63,606 nucleotides of DNA, filler included, from Pirum gemmata (GCA_002812295.1; 19 parts of 19 records of this genome joined end to end with filler, not necessarily neighbours in it); one strand, 5' to 3'. Numbered from the whole stretch's first letter, positions 37,830-50,660 are shown. A program made the numbers and translations. The notes: generated by a model not told the origin, from the sequence alone.

Positions 37830-38230
37830 GTTGTAGAATAATGGTTTGGTATAAGGTTTTTTGAATATTATACTATGCAAACACTCGAAAGTGCTCAGCG
37901 AGAATAGCTTGATCAAAGGCTTTTTAAACGAGACTTAAACTTATTCTCGATTTGAAGTATTTAACATTGTCGATTTCTACTGCTACTACTAATACTATTA
38001 CCACCACCACCACCACCACCACCACCACCACCACTAATAATAATAATAATAATAATAATAATTGAAATATGTAAAAGGCTAGTATTCCCTTGTTCCAAAT
38101 GTTATTACATCCAATTTTTAAAAACCCCATTTCAGAGAAAACAGGGTGTGATACGGTAATTGATTTTTCAATTATTAACATCAGAAAAATATCAGAGAGG
38201 AGTAGATTAAGTGAACGATTATGGTGTCAT
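37830..38230 (-). pseudogene. Possible highly decayed non-LTR retrotransposon RT fragment
   Basis: HNRSLNLL..IIEKS..SEMGF, then SFKKAFDQAILAEHFRVFA*YNI. These resemble the LINE RT motifs YRPISLL, QxGF and DFxKAFD. Confidence 0.35.
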
Positions 38231-38335
38231 ATTAGCCAAATAAGGCAATTTATGTTTCTATTTAACTAAGTTTGATCGTGTTATAATCACAAGGACGTAA
38301 TCTTTTAAGTTTCTGTCCCTCTCCAAGCCATACTT

Positions 38336-39094
38336 TTAACAACTCTTCAAATTTAAATTTATAAACAGTGCCAATTTATCCTTTGCTAACTAGAAATATT
38401 AATAAAAAACAAAACAAGAAACAAAAACAACAACAAAAAGAAGAAATAATAACAACAAAAAGAAGAAATAGTAGTAATAATAAAAAGGAAAGTAAAACAA
38501 AAACAAAAACAAAAACAAAAACAAAAACAAAAACAAAAACAAAAACAAAAACAAAAACAAAAGACAAAAACAATACAAAAACAAAAAACAAAAAGAAATA
38601 ATAATAATAAAAAGGAGAAGTAAAACAAAAACAAAAACAAAAACAAAAAGAAAAACAAAAAGAAGAAATAACAATAATAAAAAGGGGAAGTAAAACAAAA
38701 ACAAAAACAAAAACAAAAACAAAAATAAAAATAAAAACAAAAACAAAAAACAAAACAAAAACAAAAAACAAAACAAAAAGGCCCACCTTCAAACTCAAAA
38801 AAGATTTTTGTTATTATCAAATTAACCCAACAACAACAACAACAACAACAGCAACAACAGCAATTATTAATACCTTACTATGAGGAATATAATGCCCACC
38901 TTCAGACTCAAAAAAATGGTTTTTGTTATTATCAAATTTGTTATCAAATTTTTCACAAACAGTTTCGCTCATATTTTTTGGTATAACTTTATCGTCATCA
39001 CCGAAAAAATGCAAAGTAGATTGTTTTTTCCACGCTTCCAACTTAGTAAAATGTTCAATGAATTGACGTGTATGTATTTCCCTTGGCAAAAAAC
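38336..39094 (-). CDS. FSH1/OVCA2-family serine hydrolase, last two exons (39094-38874, 38389-38336)
   Basis: GFLPR..STLHFFGDDDKVIP..EGGHYIPHSK|LAKDKLALFINL; catalytic Asp and His motifs present. Confidence 0.85.
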
Positions 39095-39428
39095 CTAAAA
39101 TTAAAAAGAATGCCATTATTATCATTACCATTATCATTGGTGTTGGTGTTGGTGTTGGTGTTGGTGTCGGTGTTGGTGTTGGTGTTGGTGTTGGTGTTGG
39201 TGTTGGTGTTGGTTGGTGTTGGTGTTGGTGTTGGTGTTGGTGTTGGTGTTGGTGTTGGCGTTGGCGTTGGTGTTGGTGTTGGTGTTGGTGTTGGCGTTGG
39301 TGTTGGTGTTGNNNNNNNNNNNNNNNNNNNNNNNNNNNNNNNNNNNNNNNNNNNNTTAATTAATTAANNNNNNNNNNNNNNNNNNNNNNNNNNNNNNNNN
39401 NNNNNNNNNNNAAAAAAAAAAAAAAATT

Positions 39429-39462
<34 letters not shown>

Positions 39463-40528
39463 CTAGGTCATAGCGTTAGGGAAGTTGAACTGTTAGCTAG
39501 GGTCATAGTGGGGGCAAAGTGATTGCTACAAACAATATTTTCAACAGTATTCTTATTTTTTGATTGGGTCTCAGTTTTTCGTTGAATCTTAACTGGCTAG
39601 CTAGAATCGCTAGAATCGTTACCAATTCGTTCTATCGTGCGAGCCAATTCATTGGATAATGTAATTGATGCCTTGTTTATACAGTTACTAGCTTGTTTAT
39701 AATAATTATTTCAAAAAAAAAAAAAAAAGAAAATCTATGCCTTTTTACAATATTTCAAGGAGTTTTCTTAGCCTCCTTGAACATTATTATTATCACGAAT
39801 TCGAATAATTATTAATAAAATACGTAATCATAATAACATTATAAATAATATAATCATTATATTTTAAATTTATATACAATAATTGAATAAAAAATCGGGT
39901 TTCAATGTTTTTATACAATAATACCTATTTATAAGATACTCTAATACAAAGAATAATTTACAAATATATAATTAAAGTACTTTATCATAGCGCTATATAG
40001 TACTAGTAATACTTAATACTAAAAAAAGATCTAAAGAGTATATACCATAGTAATTTTTATTAAAATTTTCTACAAAATACATAAATGAAAAACTGTATAA
40101 CCATACATAGATTGGGGCAAGTATTTGTAGAATGAGTCAGGACCCTTTTTTATTATTATATTTTTTTTTCTTTTCTTACCACAGTTCGAGGTATATATAA
40201 AGAAAATTATGAAAAAAAATTAAAAAAAAAAATTAAAAGCTTGTTAAAAATTTCAATAAAAAAAAAAATCAGTTATTAATAAAGTTTTTTTTTATTCATT
40301 TTTATTATTTTTTCATTTTGTGTTATTTTGGCTTTTAGTTTGTTATAAACATACATAATTACATAATTAAAAAACGTAAAAAGAATATAATAAAACTTAA
40401 ACTTAAACTAAAACTAAAATTAAAATTAAAACTAAAACTAAAACTATAACTAAAACTACTCTAATTAAAACTATAATAAATTTTCCATGAATTAGTTAAT
40501 TAATTAAAATAATTATAAAATAATAAAT

Positions 40529-41596
40529 ATGTATTTAACCAAAGAATTAGAAAAATTAAAACTTTTGGAAAAACCACAAAAACCTGAGCATCAAAGGTTT
40601 AAACAAAATGGTCGTTATTGCTGGGGAGGATGTAATGGGTGTACATTTTATTTCACTTTACTCCTTACTATTCTTTGTATCTCAGTAGCAATTTTCATTC
40701 CATTGCTATTAACCATAATAGGACAAGGTCTCACCGAGAAATTTTTTAAAGAACTGGAAATAACAATAACTGATATAAACATAATACACTTTAACCTTAC
40801 AGACCCAACTAATCCTTACGTTATTGCTGATGTCGACTTTGATTTAAATAATGTCGGAGGTTCTTGTCTAAGTGGTACGGAAGTTGGGTTACAAATGGGT
40901 GAAATTATGTTTGCCTCAACCGTATTAGCAGGTTTCGATTTTCACCAAAATCCTCACAATTTTCAATTTAAAAGGAAAGAAAGATTAACACTATTTTCAA
41001 AGCATCCTGATCCCTTCATTATACATTCCGCCTTAAAATGTCCCTTGATGCAAAATTGTTTTTGGACTGCTCATATGAATCCAACTGTAAAACGTAGTGT
41101 AATTGTAGCGGATATGACGTACAAACTAATGTATATGTCCAAAAAAATTGATTTTAAAATAGGCAATCCAGCTTTATATGAAAGTAAAGTTGAAACCCAA
41201 ATGTATCCACACATTCGACAAAGTATATTACCTATAACACCAACAGTATCTAATTCTAATGAGTCTATAACATCAACAATATCCAATTCTACTGAGTCTG
41301 CAGCTGCTACCCCAACTACTACTCCTGATTCTCCTGTGGCTTTGGGCTCTGCACCAGCACCAATGCTAGTAACTGTAGATTTGGAACAAAGTATAGATTT
41401 GGTACAATGTAAAAATGTAACTACAGCTAACGATGATAAAGACTGTTTTATACATATCGAATGGGCTAAAAACATTGGTATCCAAGAACATCCGGATTGG
41501 TACCCTGGGCTAACTCAGCAAAGCACTTTTCAAGACTTTCAACTATTTTTATATAATAAGTTTGATGACAAATGTTTAGTCAAACCTTGTATGTAA
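40529..41596 (+). CDS. Type II membrane protein: single N-terminal TM, LEA_2/DUF3712-like beta domain, Ser/Thr linker, C-terminal Cys/Trp module
   Basis: 355-aa intronless ORF with TM FYFTLLLTILCISVAIFIPLLLTII and C-terminal CKNV..CFIHIEWAKNIGIQEHPDWYPGLTQQSTFQDFQ..CLVKPC. Confidence 0.8.
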   Translation: MYLTKELEKLKLLEKPQKPEHQRFKQNGRYCWGGCNGCTFYFTLLLTILCISVAIFIPLLLTIIGQGLTEKFFKELEITITDINIIHFNLTDPTNPYVIADVDFDLNNVGGSCLSGTEVGLQMGEIMFASTVLAGFDFHQNPHNFQFKRKERLTLFSKHPDPFIIHSALKCPLMQNCFWTAHMNPTVKRSVIVADMTYKLMYMSKKIDFKIGNPALYESKVETQMYPHIRQSILPITPTVSNSNESITSTISNSTESAAATPTTTPDSPVALGSAPAPMLVTVDLEQSIDLVQCKNVTTANDDKDCFIHIEWAKNIGIQEHPDWYPGLTQQSTFQDFQLFLYNKFDDKCLVKPCM

Positions 41597-42004
41597 TTCT
41601 TTGTTTAATCAGTAATATTGTATATTATAATGCTTAAAAAATTAAGATTCGAACACTTCAAAACAAATAAAGTAATAATAATTCTAAATTAAATTTTCAT
41701 ATTTTACAACAAATTATAAAATTAAGATAGTACTATTAAGATTCAATAACATTTTAAAATAATTAATAATAATAATAATATCAAACAATAGTAATAATAA
41801 AAAATAAAACAAAAATAATAAAATATTATAGCTTGACATTAATTATTTCTCTATTTTTACTAGCATAGTTCCAGCATTTTTTGTGCAGATTCTTGGTATG
41901 CATAATAATGATGTATTTATCAGCCTATAGGATTAGGGGATGATAATAGGTCTATTGTAACGACATAATTTATAAAAAAAAATAGTTTTACCAATCAAAA
42001 CAAA

Positions 42005-42200
42005 CTAGTAGTAACCAATACGGTTCAATAGAGTAATACTAACAATAGAAGTAACTTCTACTGTTTTTAGAAAAGTTAGAAAAGTGGGATTAGATTTGAT
42101 GAAAAGTGGGATTGTATTCGATAGGATTCGTTGTTTACATAGACTAAATCGAACTACTACCATATAAAGGTAAATAGATATCCAATAGTTCCAACTAATT
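42005..42200 (-). pseudogene. Possible decayed membrane-protein (GPCR TM3-like) exon
   Basis: After an AG, the frame reads ISWNYWISIYLYMVVVR and then degenerates. Confidence 0.25.
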
Positions 42201-42230
42201 CTATATATATATGTATACATAGAGTCAACT

Positions 42231-42262
<32 letters not shown>

Positions 42263-42705
42263 NNNNNNNNNNNNNNNNNNNNNNNNNNNNNNNNNNNNNN
42301 NNNNNNTTAATTAATTAANNNNNNNNNNNNNNNNNNNNNNNNNNNNNNNNNNNNNNNNNNNNATAATAATAATAATAATAAACAATAATGAAGTATTAAC
42401 AATGATTATTAACAATATAATAAACAATAAAAATCAAGACAATAGAAATAAAACCATGTTCTATCAAACAGCAATAAAGAGTAACTATCTAGCAGCATAA
42501 TAAATAACAATAATTAATAACAATAATAACAATAACAATAAACAATAACTAATAACAATAACAATAACAATTAAGAATAACAATCAACAAACAATAATTA
42601 TTAGCAAACGATCAATGATTAACAATACTAATATTAATAATAAATAATATTTTTAACTACTTAATTACTAACAATAAATAATAATAATTACTACAATAAT
42701 ATTAC

Positions 42706-42849
42706 CATGTTTTACTAATCCACTAACAATTGTTCTTGGCCCACTTTCTTCGCCAAGATCAATCGTTTCGACATAAAGACTGTCAGCATCAGGGTGGGGT
42801 TCACATACTGTAATCAACCCAACTTTCAAATTAAGTCTAGTAATATCAA
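42706..42849 (-). CDS. Exon encoding an EMAP-II/Arc1p/Trbp-type tRNA-binding OB domain
   Basis: [47 protein letters not shown] followed by a GT donor. Confidence 0.9.
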
Positions 42850-42984
42850 CTTCATTTTTAAAATGGAAAATTGAATTATTAAGTTTTTTAGTTTTAGTAT
42901 TAACTATTTATTAGTTATTATTCTACTACTCCCATTACTATCATTACTATCATTATCATTATCATTATCATTATCATTATCATT

Positions 42985-43037
<53 letters not shown>

Positions 43038-43594
43038 CGCTATTATTAGTATTATTATTGTTACAGTTATCACCACTCCTAACTATGTTTTTAGAGCTAG
43101 TCGCAATTTCAAAGTCCCCCTAATAATATTATTAAAATAAATAAAATAAAAATAAACTAAAACTAAAACTAACTAATACTTTGACGAAATAATAAAATAA
43201 AATAAAATAAAAAATACATTAAAATAAAATCAAATCAAATCAAATCAAATTAAATAAAATAAGTTAAAATTAAATTCAAATTAAATAAAATAAAATAAAA
43301 TAAAATAAAATAAAATAAAATAACATAAAATAACATAACATAAAATAACATAACATAAAATAACATAAAACAAAATAAAATAAAATAAAATAAAATAACA
43401 TATCAAAACATAACATAACATAACATAACATAACATAACATAACATAACATAACATAACATAACATAACATANTATTATGGTGGTGGTGGTGGTGCCTAA
43501 TTTATTATACAAGAAAACAAATAAATAAATAAATAAATAAATAAACAAGCAAAAAATTCAAAAAATGTATATAGCATACATGTGAATAAAATGC

Positions 43595-43632
<38 letters not shown>

Positions 43633-43742
43633 GTAGTAGTAGTTAGTAGTAGTAGCTAGTAGTAGTAGTAGTAGTAGTAGTAGCATTAGTTGTAGTAATA
43701 GTAGTAGTAGTAATAGTACTAGTAGTAGTAGTTCTAGTAGTC

Positions 43743-43793
<51 letters not shown>

Positions 43794-43928
43794 ATAGTAG
43801 TAATAATAGTAGTAGTAGAAGAAGAAGTAGTAATAGTAATAAGAATAATAATAATAATAGTAGTTAGTAGTAATAATAATAATAATAGTTAGTAGTAGTA
43901 GGGTTAGGGTTAGGGTTAGGGTTAGGGT

Positions 43929-45000
43929 AAGGTAAAAGAAAGCCAACTTACAACAGAAAAAGCTGCTTTAGAGGTCAAAGTACCCCAAATATTATATATA
44001 TACTATAGTGGAAGTGATAATAATAATAGTAGTAATAGTAATAATAATAATAGTAGTAGTAGTAGTAGTAGGGTTAGGGTTGGGGTTGGGGTTAGGGCAA
44101 GGTAAAAGAAAGCCCAAATATTATATATATATATATATATTATAGTAGTAGTGATAATAATAATAGTAGTAATAGTGATAATAATAATAGTATTAATAGT
44201 AATAATCATAATCATAATAATAATAATAGGGTTAGAGTTAGAGTTAGGGTTAGGGCAAGGTAAAAGAAAGCCAACTTTCAATAGAAAAAGTTGTTTTAGA
44301 GGTCAAAGTACCCCAAATATTATATATATATTATAGTAGTAGTGATAATTGTAATAGTAGTAATAGTAGTAATAGTAATAGTAATAGTAGTAGTAGGGTT
44401 AGGGTTAGGGCAAAGTAAAAGAAAGCCAACTTACAACAGAAAAAACCACTTTAGAGGTCAAAGTACCCCAAAAACCATACTTTATTAACAATAATGATAA
44501 TAATAATAGTAGTAGTAGTAGTAATAATAGTAGTAGTAATAGTAGTAGTATTAATAATAATAGTAGTAGTAGAAAAAGTAATAGTAGTAGGAATAATAAT
44601 AGTAGTAGAAACCCCGCTTTAGAGGTCAAAGCACCCCAAAAACCATAATTTTTTAATAATAATAATAATAATAATAATAAAATAATAGTAGTAGTAGTAG
44701 TAGTAGGTAGTAGTAATAATAGTAGTAGTAATAGTAGTAGTAGTATTGATAATAACAGTAGTAGTAGTAGAAAAAGTAATAGTAGTAGTAATAATAATAG
44801 TAGTAGTAATAGTAGTAGTAGTAATAATTATAGTAGTATGGTTAGGGTTAGGGTTAGGGTTAGGGTTAGGGTTAGGGTTAGGGTTAGGGTTAGGGTTAGG
44901 GTTAGGGTTAGGGTTAGGGTTAGGGCAAGGTAAAGAAACCCAAATTACAACAGAAAAAGCTGCTTTAGAGGTCAAAGTACCCCAAAAACCATACTTTATT
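43929..45000 (-). repeat. Serial decayed copies of the epimerase exon end and 5' splice site, separated by TAG/TAA and TTAGGG microsatellites
   Basis: aaggtaaaagaaagccaacttacaacagaaaaagc..tttagaggtcaaagtaccccaaa copies at ~43929, 44099 (partial), 44257, 44411, 44610 (partial) and 44927. Confidence 0.9.
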
Positions 45001-45268
45001 AACAATGATAATAATAATAATAATAGTAATAATAGTAGTAATAGTAGTAGTAATAGTAGTAATAGTAGTAGTAATAGTAGTAGTATTAATAATAATAGTA
45101 GTAGTAGAAAAAGTAATAGTAGTAGTAGTAATAATAATAGTAGTAGTAATAGTAGTAGTAGTAGTAATAATAGTAGTAGTAATAGTAGTGGTAGTAATAA
45201 TAATAGTAGTAGGGTTAGGGTTAGGGTCAGGGTTAGGGTTAGGGCAAGGTAAAAGAAAGCCAACTTAC

Positions 45269-45800
45269 AACAGAAAAAGCCGCTTTAGAGGTCAAAGTAC
45301 CCCAAAAGCCATACTTTATTCCATAAATATCAGCAACGATTTTACTTAACGATTCTTGGGTAGTATTGCCTTCGTCAGCTAAATTGTAGATTTCTCCTTT
45401 TTTATCCTTCACGTGCCACATAGCACGTGCCACATCTAACACGTGCACTGTAGATCGACCAGTCTGTTTTTAGGGGTTTATAGTTAGGGTTTAGGGTTTA
45501 TTATATTAGGGTTAGGGTTAGGGTTAGGGTTAGGGTTAGGTTTGGGGGCTGGGGTTTGGGTTCAGGGTTAGTTTGGGGTTAGGGTTTGGGTTTGGGTTTC
45601 GGTTAGGGTTAGGGTTAGGGTTTAAGGTTAGGGTTAGGGTTAGGGTTAGGGTTAGGGTGTAGTAGTATTAGTAGTAGTGGTGGTGGTGATGGTGGTGGTG
45701 GTGGTGATGGTAGTGGTAGTACTAGTAGTACTAGTACTACTACTACTACTACTACTAGTAGTAGTAGTAGTAGTAGTAGTAGTAATAGTAATAGTAGTAA

Positions 45801-45844
<44 letters not shown>

Positions 45845-45860
45845 ATAGTATTAGTAGTAT

Positions 45861-45892
<32 letters not shown>

Positions 45893-46234
45893 TTAGTAGT
45901 AGTAGTAGTAGTACTAATAGTAGTAGTAGTAGTAGCAGTAGTAGTAGTAGTATTAGTAGTAATAGTAGTAGTAGTAGTAGTAGTAGTCATTAACTTGATA
46001 TTTCCTTACCTTTTCAGTCCACAACAATTTCATTTTTTCATCTAATTTTTTATAAACACAACCGATTACAACTCGATTCATTACTCCCACCTGGTCACCT
46101 ACCCCATAACAAATAGCTGGTCGAACTATGACCAGATTAAGATTTGGGATGTCTTTCATTTGCTTTTCTGCCTCCAGTTTGCATTTGGCGATTGTAGTTA
46201 CTGGATCTAACTTTCCAGTACTTTCGTCTGAGTT
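45269..46234 (-). CDS. NAD-dependent epimerase/dehydratase (extended SDR), internal exons 46234-46010 and 45463-45269
   Basis: AKCKLEAEKQM..LVIVRPAICYGVGD..LLWTEK|TGRSTVHVLDVARAMW..GEIYNLADEG; phase-0 GT-AG junctions. Confidence 0.88.
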
Positions 46235-46580
46235 CTGAATGAAAAAGAAAAAAAAAACTTTAGTTCGAGCTCGAGTTCACTGACCTTAACCTTCATCTTA
46301 ACCCTAACCCTAACCCTAACCCTAACCNNNNNNNNNNNNNNNNNNNNNNNNNNNNNNNNNNNNNNNNNNNNTTAATTAATTAANNNNNNNNNNNNNNNNN
46401 NNNNNNNNNNNNNNNNNNNNNNNNNNNCTACTTCTACTACTAGTAGTTCTACTACTACTACTACTACTACTGCCATTATTACTGCTTCTACTAGTACCAG
46501 TACTACTAATATTATTAATACTACTACTACTACTCCTACTCCTACTACTACTACTTCTACTACTACTACTACTACTACTC

Positions 46581-46620
<40 letters not shown>

Positions 46621-46714
46621 CATCAATATCAATTATAATACGAATACTAATACTAATGATAATGATAACATTACTATAATGATAACAATTATTGGTATTT
46701 TTGACCCACTTCAT

Positions 46715-47178
46715 TTGGACGATAATTCTTTATTGTTGGAGCAACAAACTAGATGCTTTGGTAAAGCATTTAATAATATAACATGGAAAAGAAAAGGAAA
46801 GAAAATACCGAATATTTAGCTATAGACTATTGTACATTAAATTTTTTATATTATTTGAAAAACATATCTATCCGAAATTTTATTAATAGTGAGTGTTTTA
46901 ATGCATATCATAAGTTAACTGCTATCGATTTATCATATAATACAATCAGTAACATAACCTATATAATTTGGTTTTCTGTTTTTTAAAAAAATTGAGTTTT
47001 TGCAAAACATTGATTTAGTCAAAATAATATTGAAGAATTAGAAAACAATAACTTTTTCATTTAAAAAACAAATTCTCAAGGATTGAATTTAGATGATATT
47101 TCAATTGACCATATTATTAGATCAGTGATATTAAATTTTAATACGACTATTAATTCGAATAATAATGTTGTTGCGAGT

Positions 47179-47214
<36 letters not shown>

Positions 47215-47400
47215 TGTTGCAGTATCTAGCAGTTTAGTCAAGCGGATGTTTAATAAAACTTTTTGTTTTGCATAAGTTAGAAGTTACATGTAATAATATG
47301 GCTAACATTTATTCTTTAGAAACTTAAGATTTAAAGTAACCATTTAGCTAGTAATTGTTGCGCCAACATAACATCAGCAATTATCTTTTCCAATGATAAT
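46715..47400 (+). pseudogene. Decayed leucine-rich-repeat gene
   Basis: Fragments LDDNSL, LTAIDLSYNTISN, LQNIDL and LETxDLxSNHL across frames, with stops. Confidence 0.5.
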
Positions 47401-48214
47401 AACAATAATATTAGTTTATTAACTGTTTGGTTTAACTGTAGGTTTAATAATTTTGATTCTGGTAGTGTGTTGTATTGGTTATTTTGCTATTTTTTTTTTT
47501 CAAAGAAAAGCATGAAAAACAGGAACAAAGTAAGAGAAAAATGTTAAATGGTAAATCAGCTTTAAAATTTGTTATGAATGTTGATGATGACATGACAACG
47601 GAGTCTGAAAATACAAATGAGTATAAAAACATAAAATTCTATTATAAATGAATCTGTTGAAAGAGAAGCTTTATTGTTAGAAAACTGAAAACCTCACTAT
47701 CCATTATTCTGTATTTTTAAAGTATTTTTTAAATTATTATAAGTTTAATTAATAATAAATAAATATGTATGATACAGGATTCTTTGAAGAAAATTTTTTT
47801 AATAATGAAAACTTTGTAGAATCGTTACCTCCCAAACAACCAACACCTATATTTTCCAATGTAGCAAAGTATAAGGAAAATAAATGTAACTTACACTATA
47901 CCAAATCACCAATAACCAGCACTTTCAGTAAAAATTTTATTAAATATGATATAATTTTTCCAATCCTAATAATTCTTTTTTAAACATAAGAAACATAAGA
48001 AACTAATAATAAAAAAACACTATGATGATGATGAGGAATCTTCATCTTCGTCTTCGTCTTCGTCTTCGTCCTCATTACCAATGGTGATATCTAATAAGTC
48101 AATGCCTAATATAAGAGGTAAATTTACCATCGACGATGAATCGTCTACGATACGCCCCATGTAAAAAAATACGAAAACAATGTATACCAAACACAAATTC
48201 GTATGATAGCATTA

Positions 48215-49000
48215 AAATATCACCACATCTCCATCACCCCAATGATACACTACAGTCTCACTACTCCATCAGTATCATAGTTCGGAATGTACGAACACCT
48301 GGATCCATAGCAATCACACGATGAACATTACTTCTTTGATTATATTGTTCTTCACTAATTACACCACCACGTGGTTCTTGTGGCAAATGGTAATAGTAAT
48401 GACCTAATCTAGTCATAGAAATTTCAATTGTGTTTTCAATATTATTTGGTAAATAAGCCCGCTTTTTCGTTAACCTGATTCCAGTCCCTTGTCCTTTGAC
48501 GTTGATTATAACCTTCAATATACTGATTTTCATTTAATAAAATCCACACATCTTGTTTTGACTTCGCCTGGTATTTACCTAACCGTTGTTTATGTTGTTG
48601 CCGCTGTTGTTGTTGTTGTTATAAGACTTTGGGACCTCCACTATACTCTGGCGCCACCACAGTGGTGCCAATAGACTCTGGGATTAGTTTTAGATAAGTG
48701 TTTTCTTGGTAGTTCAAATTGAACAGTACTTTGATTATAAACAAAGCGATAAGTTCCAAACCATTTAGTTTGTTTTGTTGATATTTAACTAAACAATTAA
48801 ATTTAATTTTTTTACCCGGTAATGGATGATCATATTCTGCTATTATTATTATTTATCTTTTTTGTTGTTTTTACTGTTTGTTCTACTTTTTCTACTTTGG
48901 TTGGTTCTGCAAAGCTATTTTGATATATTATGATGAACTTCAAAGTATGTTTGAATGTGATACCAAGCAGTTTTGTCGAAGCATTCAAAAAGATTTTTAC
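48215..49000 (-). mobile_element. Fanzor/TnpB-family nuclease pseudogene (Fanzor2/IS607-TnpB-like), truncated after RuvC-I
   Basis: KWFGTYRFVYNQ (~48734-48766), EISMTRLGHYYYHLP and RVIAMDPGVRTFRT (RuvC-I Asp ~48303), then frameshifted YDTDG and WGDGD. Confidence 0.8.
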
Positions 49001-49249
49001 TTTTTTTTTAATTATAAAATAAGTTAATTACAATACATGGTGAACTTTATTCAATAGTTAAGTACCACTATCTCTTCAATTTATAGATAATAAATGAGTT
49101 AAGTATTAAACTGTGCGTTGTATCTGTTATCATTATCATTGTCATTATTAATTATTATTATTATTAATAATTATTATTATTATTATTATTACGATGATGA
49201 TGATAATGATGATAATGATAATGATGACGACGACGATGACGACGACGAC

Positions 49250-49292
<43 letters not shown>

Positions 49293-49411
49293 ATGACGAC
49301 GACAATGANNNNNNNNNNNNNNNNNNNNNNNNNNNNNNNNNNNNNNNNNNNNTTAATTAATTAANNNNNNNNNNNNNNNNNNNNNNNNNNNNNNNNNNNN
49401 NNNNNNNNAAC

Positions 49412-49466
<55 letters not shown>

Positions 49467-50169
49467 GTAATAATAACAATAATAATAATAATAATTTTGA
49501 TAATGATAATAATAATGATTATGATAAAAATAAAGATAATAAAAAGTATTGCTGAATAAATCAACATGCAATCAACTGGTTTGAAACTGCGAAACAAAGA
49601 AAAAAAGAAAAAGAATCTTCCATCTTATTATTAAACTAAAAAAAAAAAAGGAGGTATCCTGCTTTTTATTTTAATTGTCACTCTTATTATTTATTTGGTA
49701 CTTTAAAACATATAAACGTGGATATTTTAACGCAATAAATAAATGATAAACGATACCAAATTATTTAAAATGGCATCAAATATATTTATATACTATTATT
49801 TTGGTATTTTTTATTGTGTGGATTTTTACCCTGCTTTTTATTTTAACTGTCACTCTGATTATTTATTTGGACTTTAAAATTTTAACATATAAACGTGATT
49901 AACTCCAAAATAAATAATAACACACACCAAATTATTTAAATTGGCATCAAATATATTTATATATTATTATTTTGGTATTTTTTATTGTGTAGATTTTTAT
50001 GACCAAAACGAATGAAAAGCACTATATTAATTATATATTTGGATATTAAAATTTTATATTTGGCTATTTATTTATATTTTATTATTTATTTTCTAAATTT
50101 GGTTATTTAATTTATATATTTGGTAATAAAAATATTTCTTTTTTCATTTTATACTTTTTAAAAAAAAAA

Positions 50170-50660
50170 TTTTTTTTAATATTTTTTTCTTTTCGTTGGA
50201 CTAGATTTTTTTATTATACATATTATCGTCCATTTCATTTTTTATTATCCCCTTCAATTATTTATTTGACACTTTTGAATATTATAATTGACCTTTTTTA
50301 AGTTAGCATTGAAACATAATAATAAATTGATAAAATATATCAAAATAATTAATATGTATCCATTAAAAAAATAATTGGATGTTTATATTGCTATTTTTAT
50401 TTCATGCTTCCAATTTTTTTTTAATATTTATTTTTTCTTCGTTGGGCTACACTTTATTATATATATTATCGTCTATTTCATTTTTTATTATCCCCTTCAA
50501 TTCTTTATTTGACACTTTTGAATATTATAATTGACCTTTTTTAAGTTAGAATTGAAACATAATAATAAATTGATAAAATATACCAAAATAATTAATATGT
50601 ATCCATTAAAAAAATAATTGGATGTTTATATTGCTATTTTTATTTTATACTTTCAAATTT
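50170..50660. repeat. Direct tandem duplication (~244 bp)
   Basis: tattatcgtc.atttcattttttattatccccttcaatt at ~50221 and ~50465. Confidence 0.85.

Noticed and set aside
42706..46234. Fusion of the epimerase and tRNA-binding domain in one gene
   Set aside because: Splice phases do not match (donor phase 0, acceptor phase 1), the epimerase C-terminus is missing, and an N join lies at 43473.
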